Source: Octopus bimaculoides (lineage: Eukaryota). From it: a DNA stretch of 57,334 bases. A program made the translations under genes and the position numbers. The DNA lies in NCBI RefSeq assembly GCF_001194135.2, contig NC_068989.1, positions 35,803,679 through 35,861,012 of the forward strand, read 5' to 3'. The notes beneath the pieces were generated by a model, which worked only from the letters and a program-made list of their open reading frames with translations, made no database searches and was not told where the DNA came from. Positions within the stretch are counted from its first letter, which is position 1, and each line of letters begins with the position of its first letter. This document shows positions 1 through 12,575 of this stretch, piece by piece.

Positions 1-266
1 CCTTTGCCAGTCTAAAGTATTGTTATAGGTTTGTCCATGCTTGTTTCCAAATTATTAGTAGCCCGTGTCATATGGTCCGAGTAATATAAATCTTTCGTTT
101 CATAAGTCATCATTTATTCTGGTGATTGAAAAAAGAATTGGGAATGTGTATCATATACGATGCCTGTGATACATAGAATAGATAAAGGATTAAAGACGCG
201 AAAGGAGAAAGAAGAAATTAAGACGAGAAATGTAGAGGGCGGAATGCTATAAAATTATAGACAACG

Positions 267-316
<50 letters not shown>

Positions 317-1287
317 TACATTCACACACATTATGAGAGAGCGAAAAGAAAAAAATCAGTACGAAAAAGAAAAGAGAAAAGAGTTTAGGAGAAAGTAGAA
401 GATAATAGATGCACGATAAAGGCAGATATGAATCGAAGGAAAAAGAATGTAAATTCGATGAGAAATAAAATGAGAAGGAAAAAAATAGGGCAATTCAACG
501 GTCGTATATCTGCTATCATTCATTTAGTAATTTAAGCTAAACAATTTTAGAACACGCCTAAAATATCTTACAACAAATATTTCACTGATGGCCTTATGGT
601 GACACCGTAACAGGTAATAAGATTCCAGTGACTGGCATATAGGGTTAAGGGATCAATGTTTCAGCTATGAACTAAACTGACATGTCGATGCCACTGAACA
701 ACCTCATCGTAGTATTAATTATAAAAACTAAATGGGCGGCTAATTGGTTGCAGCAATGACTGGCAGTATCGCGTTTCGTCTGGTTTTTAGATCACATCTC
801 TGTCGATTTTGTCTTTCGTTCAACCTTTGTGGTTGATAAAATAAATATCAGTTATATCCGCTAGTCTCGATCAATAAACGTTTTGTTACGGTTTTGTATC
901 TGGTGAGAACATATCACTAAAGAAACCGTTATTGTGATCACTTTTAGACGAAACTGTTTTGATAACAATAAGCAGACAAAGAGAAATTTAAGTCGGTCCC
1001 TTTATGCTAGGGTGGACATTTCCTTTCATCCAAGTTCGACATAAATAAATCAAATAAATGCTATAACTGTAATCCACTTCTCACCCCAAATCGCGAAACT
1101 TTGCACCAATGGATTATATTCCGCAATGTAGTATACAATACATACATACATACATATAAGGATTTACCTTTAGTAATGAGATAAAAAAAAACAAAAACAA
1201 GGCTAGCTTAACTATGGTCTATCCATAGCACTTACTCAGCATTACCTGAAACCTTTGGGTCTAATTGACACCACTATCGCTCATCAC

Positions 1288-1341
<54 letters not shown>

Positions 1342-1459
1342 AATAGACCGCACATATTCAATGTATGTATTTTGTTGTTCGCCGTTTCGCTGCTGGACAA
1401 CGCTCTGGGGACGACTCCTCAGCACCGGGTTCTAAACATCTGAAAGTTATAGACACGCA

Positions 1460-2172
1460 GGACAACTCGCCTCCAGTCCAGGAGTGATGGATACCGATAT
1501 TTCGCCATTTTAGTGGCTTCTCAATATTACGTACATGGATCGAACCGGGGACAAATTGAATTGCAAGTTTATGGCTATAGACAAATAGTGTAAGAACCAG
1601 ATGGGGCAATGTCCGGCGAATATGGTGGGTGGGGCATCGTTTCCCATTCAAACTGTTCCAGCCTTTGGAATGTCATCCTCGCTGTACGTGATCGAGCATT
1701 ACATTCTGATGGAAGAACACCTTTTATCTTCAAACCAAAGATGGTGTCGATGAATGGTTGAACGTGAATAAATCCAAGCTTCTCTGCTAGTTCCTCAACA
1801 GTTACGATGGGATTTTGTTCCACCAGGGTTTGCGGACGTCCTCGTCGAGCTCTACAGATCTTCCAGGACGAGGCTCCTCTTCTAGGCTGTAGTTTCCGGC
1901 TCGGAATTTCTGGAAACACCGTTGACACTAGCTTACACTTATTACCAGATTCTCCATATATTGCATTAATATTCCTCGCACTTGCCGTTGCGTTGTTGCC
2001 TTTATTGAACTCATAAAGCAAAATATGCCAAATATGCTCCTTTGTCACTTCCATTATAGCTTTGAAAAAATAACAGTTAAAATTGAACTGCACTCTTCAA
2101 AACTTGCACTAAGAATAAAGAATTTTTAATCACCTACAAGGGGCCGACAAAGAGGGGACAACACAAAAACAT
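1460..2172 (-). mobile_element. Decayed mariner (Mos1/SETMAR-like) transposase remnant, internally deleted
   Basis: MEVTKEHIWHILLYEFNKGNNATASARNINAIYG (HTH), VEQNPIVTVEELAEKLGF and FEWETMPHPPYSPDIAPS (YSPDLAP motif); several frameshifts. Confidence 0.85.
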
Positions 2173-2638
2173 TAACTTGTATCCCAAACCATTCTTGTGC
2201 GAATTAAAAATAATTTTCTTCAAATCTTTAGATAATTCTTTTCCTTTTGGTGCCATTTTAATCACAATGAGAAAGATTTTCACTACGGTACACAAATCAG
2301 AATTCCTGCAGATGCAGTAACAATGACCGGAGCAAACATGCCAGGAGAAATAATTTATTAGAATTGAAATAATAAGCAATATCTGAATTCAGCACAAAAA
2401 AAGTGGATAAAATACTGAATACAGCAAATTTCCTTTAGGGTGTACATACTTTTGTAACGTTTGGAAATCAACGTTTCGTTCATATATTTGAAAATGTTCA
2501 TTGTTCTGTGTTCCAAATTTGTATAATGTTTGCATGTATAATATATCTTATTCAGTATAAATTTCCTTTGATATCATTAGGGTAATCGCAATTTTATTGA
2601 AATGTTTTAGGGGTGTACATACGTCTGTGAGATACTGT
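2173..2638 (-). mobile_element. Tc1-like element, 5' end only (TIR and start of transposase)
   Basis: Minus strand begins CAGTATCTCACAGACGTATGTACACCCCT; the motif recurs near 2435-2455 (IR/DR style). ORF MAPKGKELSKDLKKIIFNSHKNGLGYKL is cut off by the adjacent mariner. Confidence 0.75.
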
Positions 2639-2644
2639 GGGAAG

Positions 2645-3140
2645 ATATATGGTTACCGAGATAATCTACTATATATGGTTACCGAGATAATCTACTATAA
2701 CAATACTCTTGTGTTTATGAATGAGAAAGGAAGGGGTGATATATGAATAAGGAAGGAAGGGGTGATGTCATACTTGGTAGTGGGATGATGAAAATTGTAC
2801 GCTGAAAAAATAAATCAAACAGCGTTTCAACTCTGTGAATATATGTGTGTGTATATAAAATGGGTGATATGTAAATGTGTGTTTGTGTGCGTGTGCGCGC
2901 GCAATAGAAGTGGGATGGTTTATCTTTGTTCGCTTAGTATTTGGGCTTATTTTTTGATTTGGTTGAATCTTGGTTGGGTTTTTTTTTGTTGGTCAGTTAC
3001 TTTTAGCGTTTCGACAGAAAAAAGTCATTCTAAAATTGATTTTTAACATAAGCGTACCCAAACAAGTCGAATGCGTACACAGAGCAGGTTTTACAGCCAC
3101 ATCATCCAAACCGACCGAGTGAAACCGGGCTTAGCTGCTA

Positions 3141-3141
<1 letters not shown>
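2645..3141 (+). mobile_element. Possible non-autonomous Helitron
   Basis: 3' end CCGAGTGAAACCGGG (imperfect hairpin) followed by CTAG at 3138-3141 then T. Internal short tandem duplications at 2645-2698 and 2725-2766. 5' end not identified. Confidence 0.35.
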
Positions 3142-3187
<46 letters not shown>

Positions 3188-3654
3188 AGACAGACAGACA
3201 GACAGACTGGTTGATGATGTCACTAAAGAACAGATTCACAAGATCATAAATCTAGCCCTAATTCCAGCTGCGACCTTTGCTTCTCATATATTTGTGTAAT
3301 GTATCTATCTTTTGTGAAGATGGTATGATATAGTTTCAGAGAAATTTAGCTGCGGTTTTTGCAGATCGAGAGAACACATAGAAGTTAATTAACTTCAGTT
3401 GTCTCGTCCGAGAGTTTGTTAACTCAGAAACCGAGGAAATGAATGCGAGCTGCTTATAAATCAAGAATACATTATTTAGAAATTAGATAACATGTCATTT
3501 ATTAACATCAACAAGCTGGCTGGGTTGTTAAATTATTATGGCCACTCCTGACTTGCTGAAACGAGATAAGAAAGGTTGAAGTAGTGCAAAAAGCCTGAAT
3601 AAGTAAGTGGACACCCTAATTTGATAAAAACAAAATAACAAATATTCAACAAAC

Positions 3655-4490
3655 GCGCGCTCAAAAATGACAATAACACTGACATCTCATCTTAACAGAT
3701 ATATTTACCAAAATTACATAAAAATATCTTGAAATACTAAAGAGTAAATGTATTCAATAAAATGCCTGTTGGCTTCAACCATGGCCTCCAGACGACTTCG
3801 GAATCTTCTGCAACTCTTCTGGGCGGTCTCCTTGTTTAAGCTGGTGAATGCTGCTATAATCCTTGCCTTCAGTTCATCTTTGGTGTTACAAGGAGTTTTG
3901 TTAGTCTCTCTCTCAACTGCGCCCCACATGATAATCAAGGCGGTTGCAGTCTAGGGAGTTAGGTGGCCAGATGTTAGGGGTGATGTGGTCGCAGAAATTG
4001 TCTGACAGTCATGACTGGGTTGCCCTTCTTGCCTGGCATGGTGCAGAGTCCTGTTTCCAGACATAGGGTCTTCCAGCAGCCACACTCTTGACCCAGGGCA
4101 GCACTACCTCTTCCAGGCACTTGATGTAGGCCTCTGTGATGAGTCTGAAGCCATGTTAGAAGACGAATGAAGGCATAATGTCGCCGTCACTAATGATCAC
4201 TCCAAACACCATGATATTGACTGGATGTTTAATTTTTATCACTCTCGGTACGTGTTTTGAGGATACGGCAATCCTCAGATTGACACCCAAACACTTGAAA
4301 TGTTTGTATCGGAGCTTCCAGTGCAAATGCCAAGCAGTACAGCATGTCGTTTCCAAATTTCTGGCAGAGTGAATTGCATCATGGTGCTGTTTTTTCTCAC
4401 AGACGGTGGCCAACTGACTCTACTATACGGTGTAGTCGACAAGATCAAAACTAAACAATGTGCGTGCCGACAATTTACCCATCGCACCCT

Positions 4491-4491
<1 letters not shown>
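3655..4491 (-). mobile_element. Tc1/mariner-superfamily remnant, maT/DD37D-like
   Basis: TA-CAGGGTGCGATGGGTAAATTGTC terminus at 4491; KHPVNIMVFGVIISDG, a frameshifted KQDSAPCH, and WGAVERETNKTPCNTKDELKARIIAAF..CRRFRSRLEAMVEAN. Subfamily call is from motif memory. Confidence 0.75.
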
Positions 4492-4532
<41 letters not shown>

Positions 4533-4643
4533 TCTGCCAAAAGAATGTATACACACTTCAGGAAAGGAAAAATCTATATGAAATATTCTAATTCAATGTT
4601 ATGGCAATTTGATAAAACATCGAAAGAGGTATTTATATTTATA

Positions 4644-6219
4644 CACTGTGTATCAAATTATTAGGCAGCTCTGTTTTTTCGAAATAACTGAGTATTTATT
4701 TGTTCAAATCCCGATATTTTTTCACTGAATGATGGCAACATCTGCCTACGCATACTGTAATAAAATAAATTGGACTTGCGCAGATGTAGACAATCGGCGG
4801 CCATTTTCGTGAAACAGCAATAATTTTACAGTCCTAAATTATTAGGCCCAATAAAAGTGTTATTATGGGTCAAAAATGTGATTTAACATGAAATGAGAAG
4901 TCCACCATCGTCTCAGAGCTGGGAAAAACAAAAACGACATTAGCAATATCAAAGATCCTGGGAAGAAATCATCGAACTGTGAAGAAATTTGTGGAGTCTT
5001 CTGCTGTCTGTTCGAGGGCTGACAAGGGTAAATCGAGGGTTGTTCCCAGGCGTACCCTGTCACGTATAACGAGGGAAGTTGTGAAGAACACGTGTCTGAC
5101 TAGTCGAGAAGTGTTTAAACGTTGTGGTAGGGAAGACATTTCGAAATCTACCAGGTGTTGCCTCCTGAGGCAGGTAGCCAAGCGCTTAAAACCTGTTACA
5201 AGGCCCCCNNNNNNNNNNTCTGAAGGCTGTTCATAAACAAAATAGAGTCAAATGGGCAGAAGACAATATGAAGGTAGATTTTTCAAAAGTCCTCTTTACT
5301 GACGAATGCCGTGCTTCCCAAGACGGACCAGATGGGTGGAGTAAAGGATAGGTTGCAATTAGCGAAAATCGTCCTCATCGTTTGAGACGCCAACAAAGGG
5401 AAAAGGCGGAGTCATGATTTGGTCTGGCATCACTGGAGACAAGTTGGTTGGTCCTTGGAAAGTTTCAGACGGTATTAAGATGACATCTAATGCCAATGTT
5501 ACCTTTTTGGAGGACAATTTTAAGCCATGGTTGAAGAAGCAGAAAGTTGAGAACGCTGGTATTCATGCAAGATAATGCGCCCTCCCATGAAGCTTAGAAA
5601 TCTCTGGAATACCTACAGCAATTAGGCTTCTCTGGACACCGTTCGATGAAGTGGCTAGCGTGTTCGACCGACTTAAACCTGATTAAAAATCTATGGAGTG
5701 TTCTGAAGATAGACGGCAGTTTTCAACGAAAGATGCGCTCTGGGAAGCCATTGTGGATGCTGCTGACAGCGTTACACCAGATGAAATAGTTACCTTGACA
5801 AATTCAATGGATAAACGCGTCAGGACGTTCTCTCGTCTGGAGGGTCATACATCTATCATTAAGAACTTTATGACGTCATATTTTTGGTATTATTTCCATT
5901 CAAGCATATTATGTTCATTATAAAGTCTGTTATGATTATATTTGTTGTTAAAAATTAATTATCACATTAAATAAATGTTTGTTTTTGCATAATTAGCATT
6001 TTTATTAGACCTACCTAATAATTTAGGACGGTAAAAATGATGCCTATTAACAAAAATGGTCGGTGTTTTTTTTACGTATGAGTGGATCAGATTTATTTTG
6101 GTACAGTACATGCAGATGGGTGTTATCATCATGCAGTGGGAAAATATCTGGATTCAAACAAATAAATACTCTGTTATTGCGAAAAAACACTGAGCTGCCT
6201 AACAATTTGACACTCAGTA
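4644..6219 (+). mobile_element. Full-length but inactivated Tc1 (DD34E-type) transposon with about 200-bp IR/DR terminal repeats and TA TSD
   Basis: TA|CACTGTGTATCAAATTATTAGGC at 4644 and its inverted counterpart ending at 6219|TA. TIRs align over about 4644-4858 vs 5998-6219. Transposase from ATG 4865 (KVLFTDEC, GGVMIW, FMQDNAPSH, DLNLIKNLW) has stops and frameshifts. Confidence 0.92.
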
Positions 6220-6328
6220 TAGGGGTACTTATACAAGTTAAATATTTATATAGATTTTTCCTTTCCTGAAGTGTGCATACATTTTTTTTTTTTGACGGAT
6301 TCTTTATATGTACATGTACACGCGCGCG

Positions 6329-6447
6329 CGATGGGCTTCTTTCAGTTTCCGTCTACTAAATCTACTCACAAAGCTTTGGTCTGCCCGAGGCTGTAGTAGA
6401 ACACCACGCAATTGGACTGAACTCGGAACCATGTGGCTGGGAGGCAA
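6329..6447 (-). mobile_element. SINE family A (tRNA-derived, octopus-type), 5' part
   Basis: Reverse complement of CCACATGGTTCCGAGTTCAGTCC..AAAGCTTTGTGAGTAGATTTAGTAGACGGAAACTGAAAGAAGCCC, matching the copy at 26718. Confidence 0.8.
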
Positions 6448-8462
6448 CACGGGTACAGTTAGATTACTACGACTGTTACTGGTGAGTTTTGGGATCATCG
6501 TAGAGTATCATCATCCAGCCTGCAGTTACTTCTGTACTCAGTATTACTGGTTATGATACACCGAGCAAATGTAAGAGAAAATATGATAAACACAAGTTTA
6601 TAACACTTATTCTCGACATATATTTCACCATTGTGGCTATTTGTAACCTCTGCATAGGATACCGAGCCACAACAAATCATCAATGAAACATTTTCTGTAA
6701 CAGAATTAAATAAAATGCTTCCCTGACGATTTATTGTGGTTCAGCATCCAATGACACTGGGAACATTTAATGCAGAGGTTCCAGATAACCATAATGTTGA
6801 AACGTATTCAGGGAACAAATAACGTGTGTTTGTCATAATTTCTTTCTTCCCCCGCCACACACACACCGTACATCGTTTGATTTTAACTTGTATGAATTTA
6901 CAATGTGTGTGTGTGTGTGTGCGCGCGCGCGCACGCTTAATGGACTTGCTTGGACTTATACTATATAATGACGGACATGACTTATTCTCAAGATCCTAAA
7001 CAGTGTTCTAACGGAAATCGAAACTCCTATGAGGGATTCGGCTTGGTGGGAACTTTGCCTTTATTGCTTTCTTTTGGGCTCAAAGACAGAAAGATGGGAA
7101 GTTGAGTCGATCTTGTTTTTTCTTCTTAATGACTGAAGTTGAAAACTTAGTCGCAGACTCAGGGGGAGTAGAAGGAGGTGGGCGTTGCTATATTAAAGCA
7201 TCTCATTAACTACAACAGCCCGCAATGACTAATCAGTCTTTCCTTCCCACCACAGTTAGATGTAACAAATCGCATACGCACTTGATAATTAAATGTTTTA
7301 CAGCAGGAAACTAACCACCTCTAACAACAACAACAACAACACCACCACCACCACCACCAACGACGGAGTCATGCATAACTTAAGCTAACTCTTCACCAAC
7401 GACAGATATTTTGACCCTGAAGGTCAGAACAAGTAAAGGAAAGTTTTTTTGTCTTTAAAAATGTTCTTTCGACTAATGGAGGAGCATTTGTTGTGTTATA
7501 TTTTAGTACGGATATCGTCGACAGGAATACATGGGCAGCTATGATATTGTTTGTGCTATTATTTAAAGCCAGGTTAGCCCTCTTCAAGTAGATCATAGTC
7601 ATTCCTACTAAGACCATCCCATCCTATCTTTTTTTTTTCAGACATCGTGTATCCTGGAGTACATGATACAATGTGGCCATAAAAAAATTTTACTAAATAA
7701 AAACGGTAAAATGTAGTTTGAAGAGGATTTGATTACTATGTCTAGTAAACGTTGCGACCACACAGAGCAGGCATGGGCAATCCTTTTTGAGAATTGGGCC
7801 GCATGTGATATGACTCAAAGAAATCAAGGTAATTTTCGTTTAGGCGTACCATTCAGAAAATCCCGTGGATCGCAGTTTGTCCATGACTGTCATAGAGACT
7901 TCAAGTGTCTCGTCCTCCGGTAAATTTCTGTTTAGTTGGTGTTAGTCCCAGATCAGCTCGATAGAGTAGATATAAGACCAAAGGTATTCCATGCGTGATC
8001 ATCTAATATGTAAATCCCGTTCTATCTGTCTGTTTATGCGCTTATAACTCGAGTATTGTTCATCCGATCGGGCTGAAATTTTAAACATGGATACATGAGA
8101 GAGCGAGACGTTCCGTAATCTAAAAAGATTTTCGAAATCGTCAGTTTCAAAGTGAGAATCGCTATTTTTGTAATGTTTGCCTGACCGTCGGATGATTACA
8201 ACTTCCATTTTTATTTTTATTCGAAACTACTCTTACGTATCCCGATGTTCTTATCACTACGTCAGTGAAAATCGAAATAAAATACTTAAAGCAACAGTCG
8301 TCAAATACAAAAGCCAAGGCCCATGCAGTGTCATGGGCCAAAAAAATTTCCAACTTCTTGCCTAATGCGAGCCCTAAGTAATCTCTTATCTCTTACACTA
8401 TTTCAGCATTACGTCTCTATTGTAATGTGAGATAATACTTTCAGTTTGAAAGAAGTCTGTCC

Positions 8463-8493
<31 letters not shown>

Positions 8494-9070
8494 TCCTTAT
8501 GCATTCCAAAACCGAGTTACCAATTTTGACGTATGGGGTATCAAAAGATTCAGTACTATTTCGGCTACAAATTAAACTTAATTTCCATTCACATATTTGC
8601 ATTTCAAAAATTTAACATTACAACCTTTTCCATAAATCAACTAACGTAAACATTTTATACGATGACGACGATGACGTCACATTTTCTATATGTGTGTGTA
8701 CCTTAAAAATGGACTTGCCCCACCCCCTAAAATTGCTGGCCTTGTGCCAAAATTTGAAACTAATATCTATGNNNNNNNNNNNNNNNNNNNNNNNNNNNNN
8801 NNNNNNNNNNNNNNNNNNNNNNNNNNNNNNNNNNNNNNNNNNNNNNNNNNNNNNNNNNNNNNNNNNNNNNNNNNNNNNNNNNNNNNNNNNNNNNNNNNNN
8901 NNNNNNNNNNNNNNNNNNNNNNNNNNNNNNNNNNNNNNNNNNNNNNNNNNNNNNNNNNNNNNNNNNNNNNNNNNNNNNNNNNNNNNNNNNNNNNNNNNNN
9001 NNNNNNNNNNNNNNNNNNNNNNNNNNNNNNNNNNNNNNNNNNNNNNNNNNNNNNNNNNNNNNNNNNNNNA

Positions 9071-9440
9071 CATCAACTCTTGCTTGCCCGGTACATATTT
9101 CATTGACCACAAAAAGAAGAGCAAAGTTGGCCTCGGCTGAATTTGAACTCAGAACTTAAAGACGGACGAAATGCTGTTAAACATTTTGTCTGGCGTGCTA
9201 ACGATTCTACCAGCTTGCTGATTTAATAACCCTTTCTACTAAAGGCACAAGGCCTGAAATTTGGGGGGGGGGCGACTAGTCGATCACATCGACCCAGTAC
9301 ACAACTGGTACTTAATTTATCGACCCGAAAGGATGAAAGGCAAAGTCGACCTCGGCGGAATTTGAACTCAAAACGTAGCGACAAACGAATACTGCTAAGC
9401 ATTTCTTCCGGCGTGCTAACAATTCTGCCAGCTCACCGCT

Positions 9441-9490
<50 letters not shown>

Positions 9491-9918
9491 CCTTACTGTT
9501 ATAGGCACAAGGCCTGGATTTTCTAGGGAGGGGACAGTCGTTCACATTGACCCCAGTACTCAAGTAGTACTTCATTTTTCGACCCCGAAAGAATGAAAGG
9601 CAATGTCGACATAGGCGGAATTTAGTAAATTTTCAGATTAACACCCGCACGATTTTCACTAGGGTGTTAGGGTCAGGGTTAGGGACGGAATTCCCTAACC
9701 CTAACTCCAAAACCCTAACCGTAACTCTAAGCCCTAACCCTAAAACTAACTCTAAAACCCTAACCCTGAACCTAAAACCTAACCCTAACACCCTAGTGAA
9801 AATCGTGCGGGTGTTAATCTGAAAATTTACCCGGAATTTGAACCCAAAACGTAGCGACAAATGAAGTACCGCTAAGCATTTCTTCCGGCGTGCTAACGAT
9901 TCTGCTAGCTTGCCGCTT
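9071..9918 (-). mobile_element. Three head-to-tail copies of SINE family B (9071-9223, 9224-9442, 9491-9918), separated by (ATT)n tails
   Basis: Each has a tRNA-like head (GGCGG.GAGCTGGCAGAAT..GTTAGCACGCC, B-box-like GAGTTCAAATT) and a central GTCGACTTTGCCTTTCATCCTTTCGGGGTCGATAAAT-like block. (TAA)n at 9443-9490. Confidence 0.85.
9624..9831. mobile_element. Palindromic MITE with telomere-like core, copy 1
   Basis: 50-bp TIRs (49/50 identical, GGTAAATTTTCAGATTAACACCCGCACGATTTTCACTAGGGTGTTAGGGT), degenerate TTAGGG/CCCTAA interior, exact 8-bp TSD CGGAATTT at 9616-9623 and 9832-9839. Confidence 0.9.
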
Positions 9919-9944
9919 GAATAATAATAATAATAATAATAATA

Positions 9945-10165
9945 ATTCATTTATTGGTCACAAAGGCGAAGATAAAATTACATTAAAACACATACAACAT
10001 AAAAGAGAAAAACAGGACGATACAATGGGTTTTACAACGTGTAAACAATATAACGATTAAAAATTAAACAATTTAAAACTCCCAATAGAGGAGGCGCTTT
10101 AAGGACCTCGTAGAAAACCCCACAAAAGTCACGGGTGCCTGAGCAACAGGGCAAGAGCCCTTTTC
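9945..10165 (-). mobile_element. Probable 3' end of a LINE with AATAAA and (ATT)n tail
   Basis: Minus strand reads a T-rich 3' UTR, then ..TGTGACCAATAAATGA, then (ATT)n at 9920-9945. No coding part recognised. Confidence 0.45.
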
Positions 10166-10499
10166 CTTTTGTTTACAGGTGCACATTCAGAAATGGTTCT
10201 TTCACACTGGCAGAATTGTCACAGAATCGAACAAACTATTTTGCGGTATTTATTCTGACTCCATATTCTAAATGGCCAGGCATTTAATTATGCATGAACT
10301 TGCGTGTATTTAGTTGATATCTAATAATAGGAATAATGGGAAAAAAGGCATCGGAGGGGTGATGCATACCTTGCGCGCAGATAAAATTTTTCGTAAATTA
10401 CAGTGTGGCTTACAATGCGCTGCTTAACCATGCTTTTTAGTTGAACTGAATTAAGCTTTGTAAGTATTTGATTAAAAGAGGATTAGAAGCCTAAGAACA

Positions 10500-11075
10500 G
10501 TGTAAGAAATCAACTCGAATCCATCACTGTACACACACACACACAGTCGCGTATTTATGTATCTATGTATGTATGTACCCACACGTGTCTACACACATAG
10601 AAAAAGAAAGCGAATAAAATGAAATACTAATGAAAAATATTGCATAGCAGCATCTTTCAATGATGGCAGGTGAATCAAACGTACTTGTAAGTTCGTTGTA
10701 AGATATAAGTAACATGACCACTTGCTCATCGGGAAATTTGTAAGTTCGAATTAATTTTTTTTTTTTTTAAGTATCATCATTATAGGTATTTATACTCTGG
10801 TGAAATTAAGAAATCAACTCGGAAATATACGAAACCCTCGAATCCATCACTGTACGCGCGCGCGCACACACACAGAGTCGCATATCTATGTATGTATTGA
10901 TGTATGTTTGAAGATAATCAAACCAAATTTTCATCATTTCGATCCACTCACCCAATGAGTATTTCTGCCAAATTTGGTGAAAATTCGTTCAGCCGTTTTC
11001 CAGTAATTTTGCAAACACACAGACAAAGACAAGTGATTACAATACCCTGCTTTCGTTTACACGCGCAGGGTAATA
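10500..11075 (+). mobile_element. Non-autonomous DNA element relic (possibly Helentron/DINE-like)
   Basis: Local duplication 10505-10575 vs 10808-10905 (AAGAAATCAACTCG..AATCCATCACTGTAC plus microsatellite) and a terminal hairpin TACCCTGC(11043-11050)/GCAGGGTA(11065-11072). Confidence 0.3.
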
Positions 11076-12085
11076 AAAAGAAGAACGAAAGCAACAGGAA
11101 ACCAATCTTGCGTTCGTTCTCTCCTCCTGACAAATGCATAGAGTCAATAAAGCAAGCCACCACGGATGTCGTTTATTGTACTGGTGGTGGAAAGAGAAAA
11201 AAAACGAGTGTGATTTGAGGAAGAATTCACTACTATTGCTAGCAGATTGAGTGACTAAGTAGGCAAGTTGATAAGGTTGCCGGAATATCAGAAGAAATTA
11301 GTTACCAGAATTTCAGATCTTATCACTAGCGTTGTCTGTATCCACAGGCAAAGTGACTGATGCAGAACCCCAGTCTACCGACTTCAGCCGTTACTATTCC
11401 GCCCTTTTAGGGATTTATAAGACTATATTATCTAATGTATTTCCCTCTCTGTCTTTTTTTTCTTCTTTTTCAAGACGGTCAAAGTTCTCTCATTGGCTCG
11501 AACCAAAAATAGGTACCACTTAGAGGTAGGTCTGGTCCACTGCTGTAATTAAAAATTAAAAAAAAAACACAACGGAGACAATTCTGAAATTAAAATGGCA
11601 TTGGTAGACTGCAATGGAAAGTGAGTCTGAAATTTGGTATGACAACTCTGGAGATATTTTGGTGTCTTGGTGTCATAAGACCTCTTCAGTGAAGTATTAA
11701 GTAATTACTCTTTCCCAGAGAGGAGATAACTAAAATAATATTTTGATAAAAAAAACAATTAGAAGGCATTTATTCATCATATTAAAATAATGACCTGCAA
11801 CAACAATAGGAATTTTTCCCAGTATAATTACTCTAGTAATTATATTATATGGATAAATATTTTATAGTGGGTGTGGAAGATAAATTCACATAATACCTGA
11901 ACAAAGATCTGTCAGGAGATAATCAACTAAATAGAGTAAATTAGATGCGATAATTTAACTCTTTCTTGTCTGTGTGCCATTTTCATCACAAAAAAATGAG
12001 TGCTAGAGGTTTTATGAGAAAATTAAATGGAATATTGTAACGTTAATGCTTTATCTCGGTGTGTATTAGGTTTAACTAGGGGAAT

Positions 12086-12575
12086 CAGGGCCAGCATAGG
12101 AAGTGCGGAGCTCAATTAGAGAATTGTTAGTAGATCCCTCTACTCTACAAAAGCTGAAGATTTACGTTTTATGTCTCGTGTAGCACGCTAGCCCGGCTCA
12201 AAAGCATTGAGGGCTTGAGGCGCTCCCATTATCCACAACGATATAATAAAAACTGAAGGCTCATATGTTAGTTTTAACGTTTTATTACAAGTCAAGATAA
12301 TTACTGACATACTGTTTGTGAATAGGCTTTGTACTTGTTGAGATAACTGTCCTGAGTTGATTATGACGCCCTACCTGTTGTCAAGGCACTCATTTCACAG
12401 AAAATAAATATCGCAGTTATATAAGATAAAAAGAATCGTGAGGATATTTTTGCTTGACATAGTCAAAGAATTTAATTTATCGTAACGTCCTCCGCTCGAG
12501 CGTGTGCATGGCGCCCTCCCTTGGCGCGGGGCCCAATTTGAACAAATCTGTCTAATTGGCTTAAAATTGGCCCTA
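12086..12575 (+). mobile_element. hAT-type MITE
   Basis: Termini CAGGGCCAGC.. and ..AATTGGCCCTA. Flanks AGGGGAAT / AGGGAAAG form a 6/8 match, consistent with a decayed 8-bp TSD. Confidence 0.55.

Noticed and set aside
1381-1425. Minus-strand CTGAGGAG...CGAAAC hammerhead-like spacing
   Set aside because: Stem II has multiple mismatches, there is no NUH site and no stem I.
9660-9790. True telomere or chromosome-fusion site
   Set aside because: Repeats are short, degenerate and enclosed by TIRs and a TSD.
9071-9918. CRISPR-like repeat-spacer array
   Set aside because: Units are whole SINE copies with microsatellite tails; eukaryotic context and no cas genes.
9633-9950. ORF with RVLGLGFRFRVRV repeats (and the similar 33084-33467)
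   Set aside because: Translation of the telomere-like MITE, not a protein.
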